Assembly: GCA_030595765.1 (NCBI GenBank)
Contig: JAUVCJ010000001.1
Location: forward strand, 1-33,462
Direction: 5' to 3'
From: Thermoplasmatota archaeon
GTDB taxonomy: Archaea; Thermoplasmatota; Thermoplasmata; GCA-020350865; JAUVCJ01
Length of the DNA stretch: 33,462 bases
In this document: one piece after another, positions 7,001-13,914 of the stretch
How the letters are laid out: the number at the start of each line of letters is the position of its first letter
How positions within the stretch are numbered: position 1 is the stretch's first letter
Position numbers and translations under genes: made by a program
Notes under the pieces: model-generated
What the model was told of the DNA's origin: nothing
The model's input: only the letters and a program-made list of their open reading frames with translations
Database searches by the model: none

Positions 7001-10000
7001 CCGGGTTCCACTCTCAGGCTCGGAGAGAAGTTTACGGTGCATCCATCGATCTGGAGGTTACATGTTCCGATTATCGGATCATCCTGGCCAAACACCCCGT
7101 CTTGATTTAGATCCCTATGAAGCGAAAGAGCCTCGATCACAGTGTCGTTCCCCTGCCTGTGAAAGCGAATGGACTCAACGTCAATGCTTGAAGCCTGGGC
7201 TGAAAGCTCAAGGCTCAGAACCTCCTGGTCATCGTCAGCATGTAAAATAGGTAATGAAGGCGAATTCTGAATTACCTGAAGTGCGCCAATGGTTGGAGTA
7301 ATTATCATATCTGTAAAGTCCTGGCTCATCTGAGTGACCGCCATGTTATTGGTCAGATGGAATATTGCCCTGATATTTTCTCTTAGAGTGAGGTCAATGG
7401 TTCCGGAAAGGAATTTTCCCTCTATGGTATTGCCCGATGTAGCGAGTTTGGGAGCAGTTGGAACCGGGTTGAAACCATTCCAGTCCATGGGATCAGACTC
7501 CGAATCAAAGATGAACATCGCAATGGATGTTACCCTGTTTGACCACCCATGCGTCTCCAATAGGTAATCAGCCCCCATGTCCTGAACGATATATCCAGTG
7601 TCTGGATTATTATCAGTATCCAAAAACACCCTAAGAGAATCAGTGCCAAACTCGCCTCTGAATATCTCTGGGCCAACAACTTCAAGGAAGAATGAAAGCT
7701 CTCCTGATCTGGTTGCCAGACCATAGCTCTGGATGTTGATGCTTTCGGAAATTCCATGCTCATAGCCATCATAATAAACTGCCTGACCGTCCCAGTCCGA
7801 CCTATCGCCATCTATCAAAAGGCCTGGTTCGCCATCAGGAAGCAAGAAATGGGACAAAAATGGAGCACTAAGCAGTAGAATGAATATCATGCATATTGCC
7901 ATGAAACTGCGCAGCATCCTGCCAGGCTCTGGCTCGAACCGACCCCTATACATCTGCCTGTTACCGTTGACAAGGCCGTTGCCGTTGACAAGGCCACGAG
8001 AGAAAAGACCATTGACAAGGCCGTTGCCGTTGACGAAGCCGTTGCCATTTATCAGGCCATTCCCGTTGATAAGGCCACGATTTGCACCTGTGCGAAGGCC
8101 ATTGACGAGGCCGTTGCCATTAATCAATCCACGACCGTTGGTAAGGCCATTGACAAGACCGCGACCATTGATGGCACCTCGGCCGTTTACGAGACCGCGA
8201 CCATTGATGGCACCTCGACCGTTTACGAGACCACGACCATTGATGGCTCCTCGACCGTTGATAAGACCACCAGGCAGGCCATTGACAAGACCACGACCAT
8301 TGATGGCTCCACGGCCGTTGGTAAGACCATTGACCAGACCGCGGCCGTTGATGGTTCCGCGGCCGTTGCTAAGGCCGCCAGGCAGGCCATTGACAAGACC
8401 GCGACCATTGACTGCTCCACGACCGTTGGTAAGACCATTGACCAGTCCACGGCAATTTATGGCTCCACGGCCGTTTACCAAACCTCTGCCATTCACTGCA
8501 CCAGTTCCATTTACAAGGCCAAAATCATCCCGGTCTGAAACCCTGATAGGGAATAGTGAATCTTTCGTGAAAGGGGTGCCATTGGTCAGGCCTAGTCCAT
8601 TTACAAGGCCAAGCTTCTCACGATCCGGATAACGCTGTGGGGGCTGGGTCGAGAGGGCAGTAATTCGTTTTCCAGATGGTTGTGGGATAAGTGAGGCCTT
8701 TCCGTCTCCATCTAAAAGGATGCTATTGAGCACATCAACCTTGATGGAAGCCTCCATATCGAGGTTCAGCTCCGCAGCCTTATCGAAGCAAACCATGGCC
8801 TCTTCCTTCCGGCCAAGCATCCACAGAAGCTTGCCCTTGGAGTGCCAGGCTCGATAAAGGCCGGCATCGGCATCCAATAATTCATCAAAGAACCCAACCT
8901 GACCCTCGAGGTCGCTTACCCTACTCTCTTCCTCTGGGCTTAGGCCAGCCTTATGAGCTTTTCGTGCTGCCTTTTTCGGCATGGGTCTAGGCCTCTTTCG
9001 AGGCTGTGGAGGCTCTGGTGGCATAATCGATGCTGCAAGGGATGCCTGCTCCTCAAGAATCGACCTCTCCTGCTCAGAAATTACCTTCTCAACAAGCTCC
9101 GTTCCTACAAGTTCATCCTCAAAAATGACCTCATCATCCAAAGATGGCTCATCTACATAGGGCTCTTCTCCAATGGGAATACCGTCAACAGGAATGAGCT
9201 CATCATCAGAAGCTACTAGTTCCTCCTCAAAGATGGGTTCTTCCTCAAAGAAAGGCTCTTCCTCAAAGCCTAGTTCTCCTTCTAGAACGGACTCTTCCTC
9301 AAAGGCTGGTTCTCCTTCTGGAATGGGCTCTTCCTCAAAGAAGATTTCATCATCAGAGATGATTTCCTCGGTAGGAGCCGCATGCTCCTTCTCAAAGGCG
9401 GGTGCTTCGTCCAAGGGAAGCCCATCAACAGACATTGGCTCTTTTTCCAGGGAAGATTCAGCATCAGGCGCCACCGGCTCATCAGGTATCTGGGCTTGGG
9501 ACTCTTCCTCCACTACACCCTTCCATCTCTTCCTGAAGTCCTGGGATATCCCTCCCTTCCTCCTCTTGGGTTTTGCTGACCCGGTGCCTGCACTGTGGCC
9601 GCACAAAGCGCAGTGGTCAGCACCCTCCATCAATGGAGCGCCACAGTTGGCACACAATCCGTCTGTTGGCAGGTCTGGTGCTTGTGGCTCAAAGTCTCCA
9701 CTGGGCTCAGGATCCTGTGTCTCAGGTTCTAGGGCAATGTCAAAAATGTCATCAATGTCGGGAAGCTCTTCTGGTTTGGAGGTTATGGATGGAGCCAATG
9801 GAGCAGGCTCAAGCTCCTCCTCGATCTCGTCCACTTCAAACATGGGTGCTTCTACAAACTCATCGGCCTCAATGCCAATGTCATCATCAAACACACCTTC
9901 TCGGGGGATGGTGCCACCTGCCAGTTCTTCCTCGTCGATCTGAGTCCCACAAACTGGGCAGTCCTCCAACTCCTCTGAAAGCAATGCTCCGCAATCTTTG

Positions 10001-12159
10001 CAGATATACAACTCCTGGATCTCTGGCTTCTCGTCCTCTACGGGTCCGGCGACTCCTTCCTCATCAAGCTCAGATGCTCCTTCCTCCTCGAAGATGCCCA
10101 TGAACTTCTCCAGCTCATCCATCTGGGCTCTTTCCTCTTTAGCGGAGGATTCGTCGCTAACCTCTTCAGGCAATGCCTCTCTAGCAGTTCCTTCCCATGC
10201 AAGCTCACTCTCAGAAACTGCCTTCTCAACAAGCTCCGCCTCTACAACTTCCCCCTCATCACGCTTCCCCTCGACAAGAACCTCTTCAGCAAGTTCATCC
10301 TCGACGAGCTCGTCTATGCTGTCGAATGCCATTCCACAGAGCACGCAGCTGGCCATATCCGAGCTGTTGGTGGCGCCACACTTTGGGCAGGTTCTCATCT
10401 CAATACTATCCTGCTCACTGGCACCAGCTGTGTCGTCAGTAGCAGAATCAACATCACCATCCAGCTCTGGCTGTTCACCCAAGCCCAGGAACGCTCTTGC
10501 GGCCTGTATGGCCTCATCCTCTTCTTCATCAACTTTCACTTTCTCGACATCAGCTTCAAGTTCTGACCCGAGTTCTGACCCAAGTTCAGACCCAAGTTCA
10601 GATTCAGCAACTGCTCCTGTATCAGCATCAAAGCCTGAACCAGAACTGATATCGACCTCACCAGATACAACGTCGGCTTCGGCATCAGCTTTGACAGCGG
10701 CCTCGATACCGATCTCTGCATCGGCCTCAGCACCGGCCTCAACACCAACTTCATCATCGGCCTCAAACAATGCACCGCATATCTGGCACCCCTCTGCGCC
10801 TGCCGGTACGAATGCCCCGCAATTCGGGCACATATCCAGCTCATTATCCCCACGATACCAGTAACCATCCTGATCCTTATCTGCCTGAGATCTTCCTGCA
10901 ACTTCGGCTTTCTGAACCTCTTCGGCATCCTCTGATGTGTCCTGCTCATCGCCAGCCTCGAACACAGCGCCACAAATCCCGCATTCTTCGGAGTCGGGAG
11001 GCACAAAAGCCCCACAGTTGGGACACATCTCTATGTGAGTCTCGTCCTTGTACCAGTAACCGTCACGATCCTCGTCTTCTGGGATATGGACTTCTTCGCC
11101 ACCCTCCTCGCCATCATCTTCCTCGACCCCGCCAAACACGGCGCCGCAGATCTGGCATTCCTCTGAGTCAGGAGGCACGAAAGCACCACAGTTCGGGCAC
11201 ATCTCCAGGCTTGCCTCGTCCTTGTACCAGTAGCCGTCTGTGTCTGATCCGGCTTTTCCTCCTGGCTCTAGCTCACCGTCAGATGCTTCTCCAGTGGCAG
11301 CCTCGGAGCCATCCCCAACAGCAACACCATCATCCTCATCTGTGCCAGCCTCGAACACTGCACCGCAAATACCGCATTCCTCTGAATCTGGAGGAACAAA
11401 GGCGCCGCAGTTCGGGCACATCTCCAGGTTTGCCCCATCCTTGTACCAGTAGCCATCAGTATCAGGTCCAGCTTCTGCTCCTGGCCCTAGCTCACCTTCA
11501 GATGCTTCTCCAGTGGCAGCCTCAGAGCCATCCTCAACATCAATCCCTTCATCGTTTTTTGTGCTGGCCTCGAACACAGCACCGCATATCTGGCATTCCT
11601 CTGAATCTGGAGGCACAAAGGCACCGCAGTTCGGGCACATCTCCAGGCTTGCCTCATCCTTGTACCAGTAGCCATCAGTATCAGAACCGGTTCCTGCCTT
11701 TGGCTTACCACCAGATGAGTCTTCAGTGGCAGGCTCGGAACCGTCCTCAACAGCAACACCATCATCCTCATCTGTGCCAGCCTCGAACACTGCACCGCAG
11801 ATCTGGCATTCCTCTGAATCTGGAGGTACGAAAGCACCGCAATTGGGGCACATCTCCAGGTTCGATTCGGTCTTGTACCAGTAATCGTCAGTCTCCTGGC
11901 CAGTCAAGGCTTCATCAGCCTTTCGCTCAGCTTCCCTTTGGACCGCTTCCTCAACTTTGATTCTAGCATGCTCAAGAAGGTTTACGGCCAATACAGCTCC
12001 AAAGCCTCCAAGAACTAGAATGTCATGGATATCGGCGGAGAGCAATCTCTTCCATGAGTCGTAACCGGCTTCCACCAGCAATTGGGCCTTCAAAGGGCCA
12101 ATTTTTGGAACTCGTTGGAGCTCCTCCACAAAATCCTTGGTCATTATACATGCATCCAA
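4063..12159 (-). CDS. Giant (2,698 aa) bitopic protein: cytoplasmic HhH + 9 zinc ribbons + acidic linkers + TPR + NGRG hexapeptide repeats, one TM, adhesin-like ectodomain, PEF-CTERM-like tail
   Basis: This is a single uninterrupted ORF. Conserved motifs occur throughout (see sub-features), which argues that the whole frame is coding. A second in-frame ATG (MTKDF…) lies at 12144. Confidence 0.9.
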   Translation of the reverse strand: MDACIMTKDFVEELQRVPKIGPLKAQLLVEAGYDSWKRLLSADIHDILVLGGFGAVLAVNLLEHARIKVEEAVQREAERKADEALTGQETDDYWYKTESNLEMCPNCGAFVPPDSEECQICGAVFEAGTDEDDGVAVEDGSEPATEDSSGGKPKAGTGSDTDGYWYKDEASLEMCPNCGAFVPPDSEECQICGAVFEASTKNDEGIDVEDGSEAATGEASEGELGPGAEAGPDTDGYWYKDGANLEMCPNCGAFVPPDSEECGICGAVFEAGTDEDDGVAVGDGSEAATGEASDGELEPGGKAGSDTDGYWYKDEASLEMCPNCGAFVPPDSEECQICGAVFGGVEEDDGEEGGEEVHIPEDEDRDGYWYKDETHIEMCPNCGAFVPPDSEECGICGAVFEAGDEQDTSEDAEEVQKAEVAGRSQADKDQDGYWYRGDNELDMCPNCGAFVPAGAEGCQICGALFEADDEVGVEAGAEADAEIGIEAAVKADAEADVVSGEVDISSGSGFDADTGAVAESELGSELGSELGSELEADVEKVKVDEEEDEAIQAARAFLGLGEQPELDGDVDSATDDTAGASEQDSIEMRTCPKCGATNSSDMASCVLCGMAFDSIDELVEDELAEEVLVEGKRDEGEVVEAELVEKAVSESELAWEGTAREALPEEVSDESSAKEERAQMDELEKFMGIFEEEGASELDEEGVAGPVEDEKPEIQELYICKDCGALLSEELEDCPVCGTQIDEEELAGGTIPREGVFDDDIGIEADEFVEAPMFEVDEIEEELEPAPLAPSITSKPEELPDIDDIFDIALEPETQDPEPSGDFEPQAPDLPTDGLCANCGAPLMEGADHCALCGHSAGTGSAKPKRRKGGISQDFRKRWKGVVEEESQAQIPDEPVAPDAESSLEKEPMSVDGLPLDEAPAFEKEHAAPTEEIISDDEIFFEEEPIPEGEPAFEEESVLEGELGFEEEPFFEEEPIFEEELVASDDELIPVDGIPIGEEPYVDEPSLDDEVIFEDELVGTELVEKVISEQERSILEEQASLAASIMPPEPPQPRKRPRPMPKKAARKAHKAGLSPEEESRVSDLEGQVGFFDELLDADAGLYRAWHSKGKLLWMLGRKEEAMVCFDKAAELNLDMEASIKVDVLNSILLDGDGKASLIPQPSGKRITALSTQPPQRYPDREKLGLVNGLGLTNGTPFTKDSLFPIRVSDRDDFGLVNGTGAVNGRGLVNGRGAINCRGLVNGLTNGRGAVNGRGLVNGLPGGLSNGRGTINGRGLVNGLTNGRGAINGRGLVNGLPGGLINGRGAINGRGLVNGRGAINGRGLVNGRGAINGRGLVNGLTNGRGLINGNGLVNGLRTGANRGLINGNGLINGNGFVNGNGLVNGLFSRGLVNGNGLVNGNRQMYRGRFEPEPGRMLRSFMAICMIFILLLSAPFLSHFLLPDGEPGLLIDGDRSDWDGQAVYYDGYEHGISESINIQSYGLATRSGELSFFLEVVGPEIFRGEFGTDSLRVFLDTDNNPDTGYIVQDMGADYLLETHGWSNRVTSIAMFIFDSESDPMDWNGFNPVPTAPKLATSGNTIEGKFLSGTIDLTLRENIRAIFHLTNNMAVTQMSQDFTDMIITPTIGALQVIQNSPSLPILHADDDQEVLSLELSAQASSIDVESIRFHRQGNDTVIEALSLHRDLNQDGVFGQDDPIIGTCNLQIDGCTVNFSPSLRVEPGNNITLFTTVDVPISVLPGSSFGLRLVSPADIATLEPVTLHSQELSSYYLESIPDWVVVDGAFADWNRFVPYNDRVGDAINPNIDLTSYHMVASTRDLSFLFKVSGSMLGGTSVPAVKLRSVSKPDYDLDTVPDYLEPLAFQGDFNNDGIPDRETNRDVDGDGVMDYPYGNDTYLETTIPTSYPEPYSGRNVSIFIGLPLRDTDGDGIPDIDEPDNWQDYDNDGIDWFNDSDDDNDGFDEVAHIDTDGDGIRDWPNGNDTYLGELYISSPIVRPIEIEELKGLDYAMVFLDLDRDLDTGYSNGAPFGAEALIEVTGRDNRILSSIFYTYSGTSNVEWNWTFVSNISAALDSDSLELQVDYSSIGINDTSDFEAWLSTSDWTQDSELHSDLSDLGIHRYDTRASEYTSRAQATNVVVNEISSFGSNDWVELANPLGVAVDLSGWTIRAGRGAGIIIYTFPAGTSIGAWLSGSEYLVVDLGTVLGDDPPLIRIFDSSGVEIDGFNGIRLKSGETHARYRLGDTGYPDDDDSSKDWYKSVVNTKGKPNDKNEPDLDVTKLGSADPVTIGDTLTYTITVENTGDGTTGAIWVNDTSPSGLVYLSDTSSSDSHFVSSDTTSNPLLFEFSGLADGATITFTISFDVTLPISGLITNIIDVEAEDVLGIPITPKQATEDTTVTLPGPYMDTTKVGSKVDVEMGDSLTYTIALENIGGDTADTIWVNDTLPEGATHVSDDASGSGYFVSGAINGQEMSYIFSGVPIGGIIEFDILTAIGVVNGSTITNTVHATYTNLTGDIQPSTHASASTGIKRPQITVGKTVDLTTALPGSLLTYTIYFNNTGDRDADTVWINDTLPSGVTYVSDTASSHGSYDSSDTAGNPLEYVFTRVRKNTLNSFTITVQIDDPATSFFLNNIVGLDYERKGIALEHSQDNASTQVIPEFSDIMAPSGIIILCMIFMRRRRRKAEAGRKQTGGKQNCDSTSG
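4066..4200 (-). other. PEF-CTERM-like sorting signal (PEF + TM helix + RRRRRK), followed by an unusual 19-aa tail
   Basis: The C-terminus reads …QVIPEFSDIMAPSGIIILCMIFMRRRRRKAEAGRKQTGGKQNCDSTSG. PEF is encoded at 4192..4200. Confidence 0.6.
4215..5350 (-). repeat. Three DUF11-type ('conserved repeat domain') Ig-like modules
   Basis: The pattern …(V/L)TK/GK…GD(T/S)LTYTI…ENTG/NIG/NNTGD…(I/V)W(V/I)NDT(S/L)P(S/E)G…Y(L/V)SD… recurs three times with a period of about 125 aa. Confidence 0.7.
5440..5775 (-). other. Lamin-tail-domain (LTD)-like segment
   Basis: VVVNEISSFGSNDWVELANPLGVAVDLSGWTIRAG…LVVDLG…IRIFDSSGVEIDGF matches the typical LTD signature (INE…fVELyNp…vdLsGW). Confidence 0.6.
6225..6580 (-). 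other. Asp-rich Ca-binding-like repeats (thrombospondin type-3-like DxDxDGxxD)
   Basis: The motifs are DFNNDGIPDRETNRDVDGDGVMDYPYGNDTYL, then DTDGDGIPDIDEPDNWQDYDNDGIDWFNDSDDDNDGFDEVAHIDTDGDGIRDWPNGNDTYL. Confidence 0.6.
7838..7917 (-). other. Only internal hydrophobic segment of the giant protein (signal-anchor / TM helix)
   Basis: …YRGRFEPEPGR-MLRSFMAICMIFILLLSAPFLSHFLL-PDGEPG. Arg-rich sequence on the N-terminal side implies an N-in/C-out orientation by the positive-inside rule. Confidence 0.75.
7960..8612 (-). repeat. Asn-Gly-Arg-Gly hexapeptide tandem repeats (NGRG[LA][VI]; 18/36-nt DNA units), about 215 aa
   Basis: The protein reads …GLVNGRGAINGRGLVNGRGAINGRGLVNGRGAINGRGLVNGLTNGRG…. 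Near-identical 36-nt DNA units are visible, e.g. at 8160..8270. Confidence 0.9.
9590..10400 (-). other. Three divergent zinc ribbons (numbers 7-9) embedded in poly-acidic linkers
   Basis: The three ribbons are RTCPKCGATNSSDMASCVLCGMAF, YICKDCGALLSEELEDCPVCGTQI and GLCANCGAPLMEGADHCALCGHS. Confidence 0.8.
10758..11890 (-). repeat. Six tandem zinc-ribbon modules D(D/G)YWY(K/R)-x6-MCPNCGAFVP(P/A)…C(Q/G)ICGA(V/L)F with acidic linkers
   Basis: The module is repeated every 180-220 nt. The YWY codons lie near 10855, 11040, 11225, 11445, 11663 and 11875. The ribbon cores are nearly identical at DNA level. Confidence 0.9.
11965..12123 (-). other. Two helix-hairpin-helix (HhH) motifs at the N-terminus of the giant protein
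   Basis: ELQRVPKIGPLKAQLLVEAGYDSWKRLL and ILVLGGFGAVLAVNLLEHA fit the hxxhxGhGxxxAxxh HhH pattern. Confidence 0.6.
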
Positions 12160-12185
12160 GACGCTTGACCCGTCTTAGTATAGAG

Positions 12186-12206
12186 AACATATTAATGCAT
12201 TATAAC
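12186..12206 (-). promoter_or_regulatory. Candidate TATA region for the giant gene
   Basis: The minus strand reads …gttataatgcattaatatg…, 30-46 nt upstream of ATG 12159. This would give a very short leader. Confidence 0.3.
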
Positions 12207-12212
12207 AATAGG

Positions 12213-12236
12213 ATAGACACGTATCTATTATAGATA
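12213..12236. promoter_or_regulatory. ATAGA / TCTAT palindrome cluster (candidate operator)
   Basis: The sequence ATAGAcacgtATCTATtATAGAT contains a perfect 13-bp palindrome (atctat-t-atagat). This overlaps a 16-bp palindrome with one mismatched pair. The cluster lies just upstream of the TATA-like region of the giant gene. Confidence 0.35.
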
Positions 12237-12329
12237 ACATTAAGGCTTACAAAAATTTGTATGTATGCATCATGTGTTAGGCCAAAACGAAAGTAGAGAT
12301 GATTGGAAAACCCTTTCTTGCCAAAATAG

Positions 12330-13040
12330 TCAGATCCGGACTTCGCTGAAAGGGTCGGTAGAGACTATCAGGGTGTGAACCTCCCTGTCCATTTTTAGCT
12401 TTAGTATGAGCTCAAGGTCGGTCATTCTTACCACTTCAGGACTTAACCCTTCCTCTTTTAGCTTGTTGAGCAGCCGCTCCTTGAAACTTCTGGTTCTGGC
12501 GCTTCGACCCTCGCTAAGGGTTGCCAGCAATGCTGTTGGGTAGTAGCGGCGAAACCTGCCATCCTCGACAACCTCCAGCAGACCCTGGACCTGGAGCTCC
12601 TTTGCGTGCTTTCCTGTGGTCTGATGTGCGGTATTGAGCCTTGCTCCCAGCTCCTTTTGGGTCGAACCAGGGGATCTTAATATCTCCATGAACATAGCTC
12701 TGGTCCGTGACCTGTTCAGGAGAAGAAGTATCGGAAGTTCGTCTGGGTCAAGCAATCCCACAGGGCAGAAAGCGCATCTTCCTCCACTGCGAACCTGGAA
12801 GATGTATTGCCCCTGACGTAGCTTATCCAGATGCCACCTGAGGGTGTGCATGTCCATCCCCAACCCTGATGAGATATCTCCCTGATAGGAGCCTGGATGT
12901 TTGCATAAAAAAGTGTAGATGTTTCTCCGTCTTTCATTGACCAGAGGAGAGCGAAGACCCCTGCGCTTTTTGATGCCTGCAGATGGCAAGATATCTTTGC
13001 CAAGCGCCTTGTTCAAAGCCTTTCCCATTCTCTGGGGCAT
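12330..13040 (-). CDS. Transcription regulator with two winged helix-turn-helix domains (ArsR/MarR-like)
   Basis: wHTH 1 is RRRNIYTFLCKHPGSYQGDISSGLGMDMHTLRWHLDKLRQGQYIFQVRSGG. wHTH 2 is RTRAMFMEILRSPGSTQKELGARLNTAHQTTGKHAKELQVQGLLEVVEDGRFRRYYPT. The start lies 10 nt after the KaiC-like gene stop. Confidence 0.75.
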   Translation of the reverse strand: MPQRMGKALNKALGKDILPSAGIKKRRGLRSPLVNERRRNIYTFLCKHPGSYQGDISSGLGMDMHTLRWHLDKLRQGQYIFQVRSGGRCAFCPVGLLDPDELPILLLLNRSRTRAMFMEILRSPGSTQKELGARLNTAHQTTGKHAKELQVQGLLEVVEDGRFRRYYPTALLATLSEGRSARTRSFKERLLNKLKEEGLSPEVVRMTDLELILKLKMDREVHTLIVSTDPFSEVRI

Positions 13041-13050
13041 GCATTCATCC

Positions 13051-13914
13051 TCAGAGATACTCTTCGAGTATGTATTTGACTAGCTCTTCGGCAGGCAGGT
13101 CCTCAAAATCACCGTCAGTGAGCTCACCAAGGGTTTTTGCCATGTGAGTGGCAACAGATGCAGGTAGCTTGCTGCTCTTCAGAATTGATTCTAGCTCCAT
13201 TGGAATGGTCCTTGAGTCATCCACACGATATTCTCCATGCTGGACTATTAGCCCCAGCCCTTTTATTATACGGTATGGGTGGGAAAGTTCGCTATGACGG
13301 GTGGATCTTGCTTTAACTATCTTGAGCATCCTGTAGGCTCCGCCTTCCATTGCCCGATAACGCAGGTGCATGACACAATCAGCCAGGTACATCGGGATGA
13401 TAGTTTCGGATCCAGACAGGTCACTGGCTGTACCATGCTCTTCAAGGGTGCACAGCACGGTCCCGACCTTCCTGGTCTGCTTGAGTAGAAATGATATCAG
13501 GTCCCGTTGCTCATAATGATCCTTGGTGGACCACATCACAGGGGTCAGAGGATCGACGACTATCCTAGCATTCGAGCCCTTCCAATCCTCCACAAAGGAT
13601 GGCAATTCCTTTCTGATGAAGGTGGAAAACTCCCTGCCAGAGGCATCAATGAACACAAGCTGCTCCTCCTCCAGGTACCTAAGGATGTCTGGCCAACCCA
13701 TCTCTACGGCCTCGCGTATTATCTGCTCCTTGTTCTCGTCCAGGCTGACAAATATCGCTTCCTGGCCAAGCTCCAGTCCTCTTCGAATGAACTGGGTGGC
13801 AAAGGTGGTCTTGCCTGCGCCTGAGCAACCAATGACAACTGTGGTGGAGTTCTCGTTGATCCCGCCATCCAGAAGTGGGTTCAATCCGTAAATGCCGCTC
13901 TTGATCTTCTTCAA
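13051..13914 (-). CDS. KaiC-like RecA-superfamily ATPase (single domain) with about 60-aa C-terminal extension
   Basis: The N-terminal motif is SGIYGLNPLLDGGI, Walker A is GCSGAGKTT and the Walker B-like strand is ARIVVDPLT. The overall layout is that of archaeal COG0467-type KaiC/RadA-like proteins. Confidence 0.85.
   Translation of the reverse strand: MKKIKSGIYGLNPLLDGGINENSTTVVIGCSGAGKTTFATQFIRRGLELGQEAIFVSLDENKEQIIREAVEMGWPDILRYLEEEQLVFIDASGREFSTFIRKELPSFVEDWKGSNARIVVDPLTPVMWSTKDHYEQRDLISFLLKQTRKVGTVLCTLEEHGTASDLSGSETIIPMYLADCVMHLRYRAMEGGAYRMLKIVKARSTRHSELSHPYRIIKGLGLIVQHGEYRVDDSRTIPMELESILKSSKLPASVATHMAKTLGELTDGDFEDLPAEELVKYILEEYL

Noticed and set aside
7960-8612. A regular 36-nt repeat array that a repeat finder might flag as CRISPR.
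   Set aside because: The units are contiguous with no unique spacers, are in frame within a long ORF, and encode a coherent hexapeptide repeat. No cas genes or leader are present.
7880-11960. Long plus-strand ORFs antisense to the giant gene (7880..8632, 9173..9943, 9573..10103, 9998..10864, 10770..11960, etc.).
   Set aside because: Their translations are monotonous P/R/S/T-rich strings (RPLTRPRPLMAPRP…, SSSSKMGSSSKK…). These simply mirror the sense-strand Gly/Asn/Arg and Asp/Glu repeats. The sense strand carries conserved zinc-ribbon and domain motifs, so these are shadow ORFs.
12243-12254. A 12-mer, gcttacaaaaat, shared between the giant-gene upstream spacer and the ttuA/ncsA upstream spacer (32174..32185).
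   Set aside because: A rough estimate (about 1e9 position pairs on both strands against 4^12 sequences) predicts tens of such 12-mer matches by chance in a window of this size, so the match is not evidence of a shared motif.
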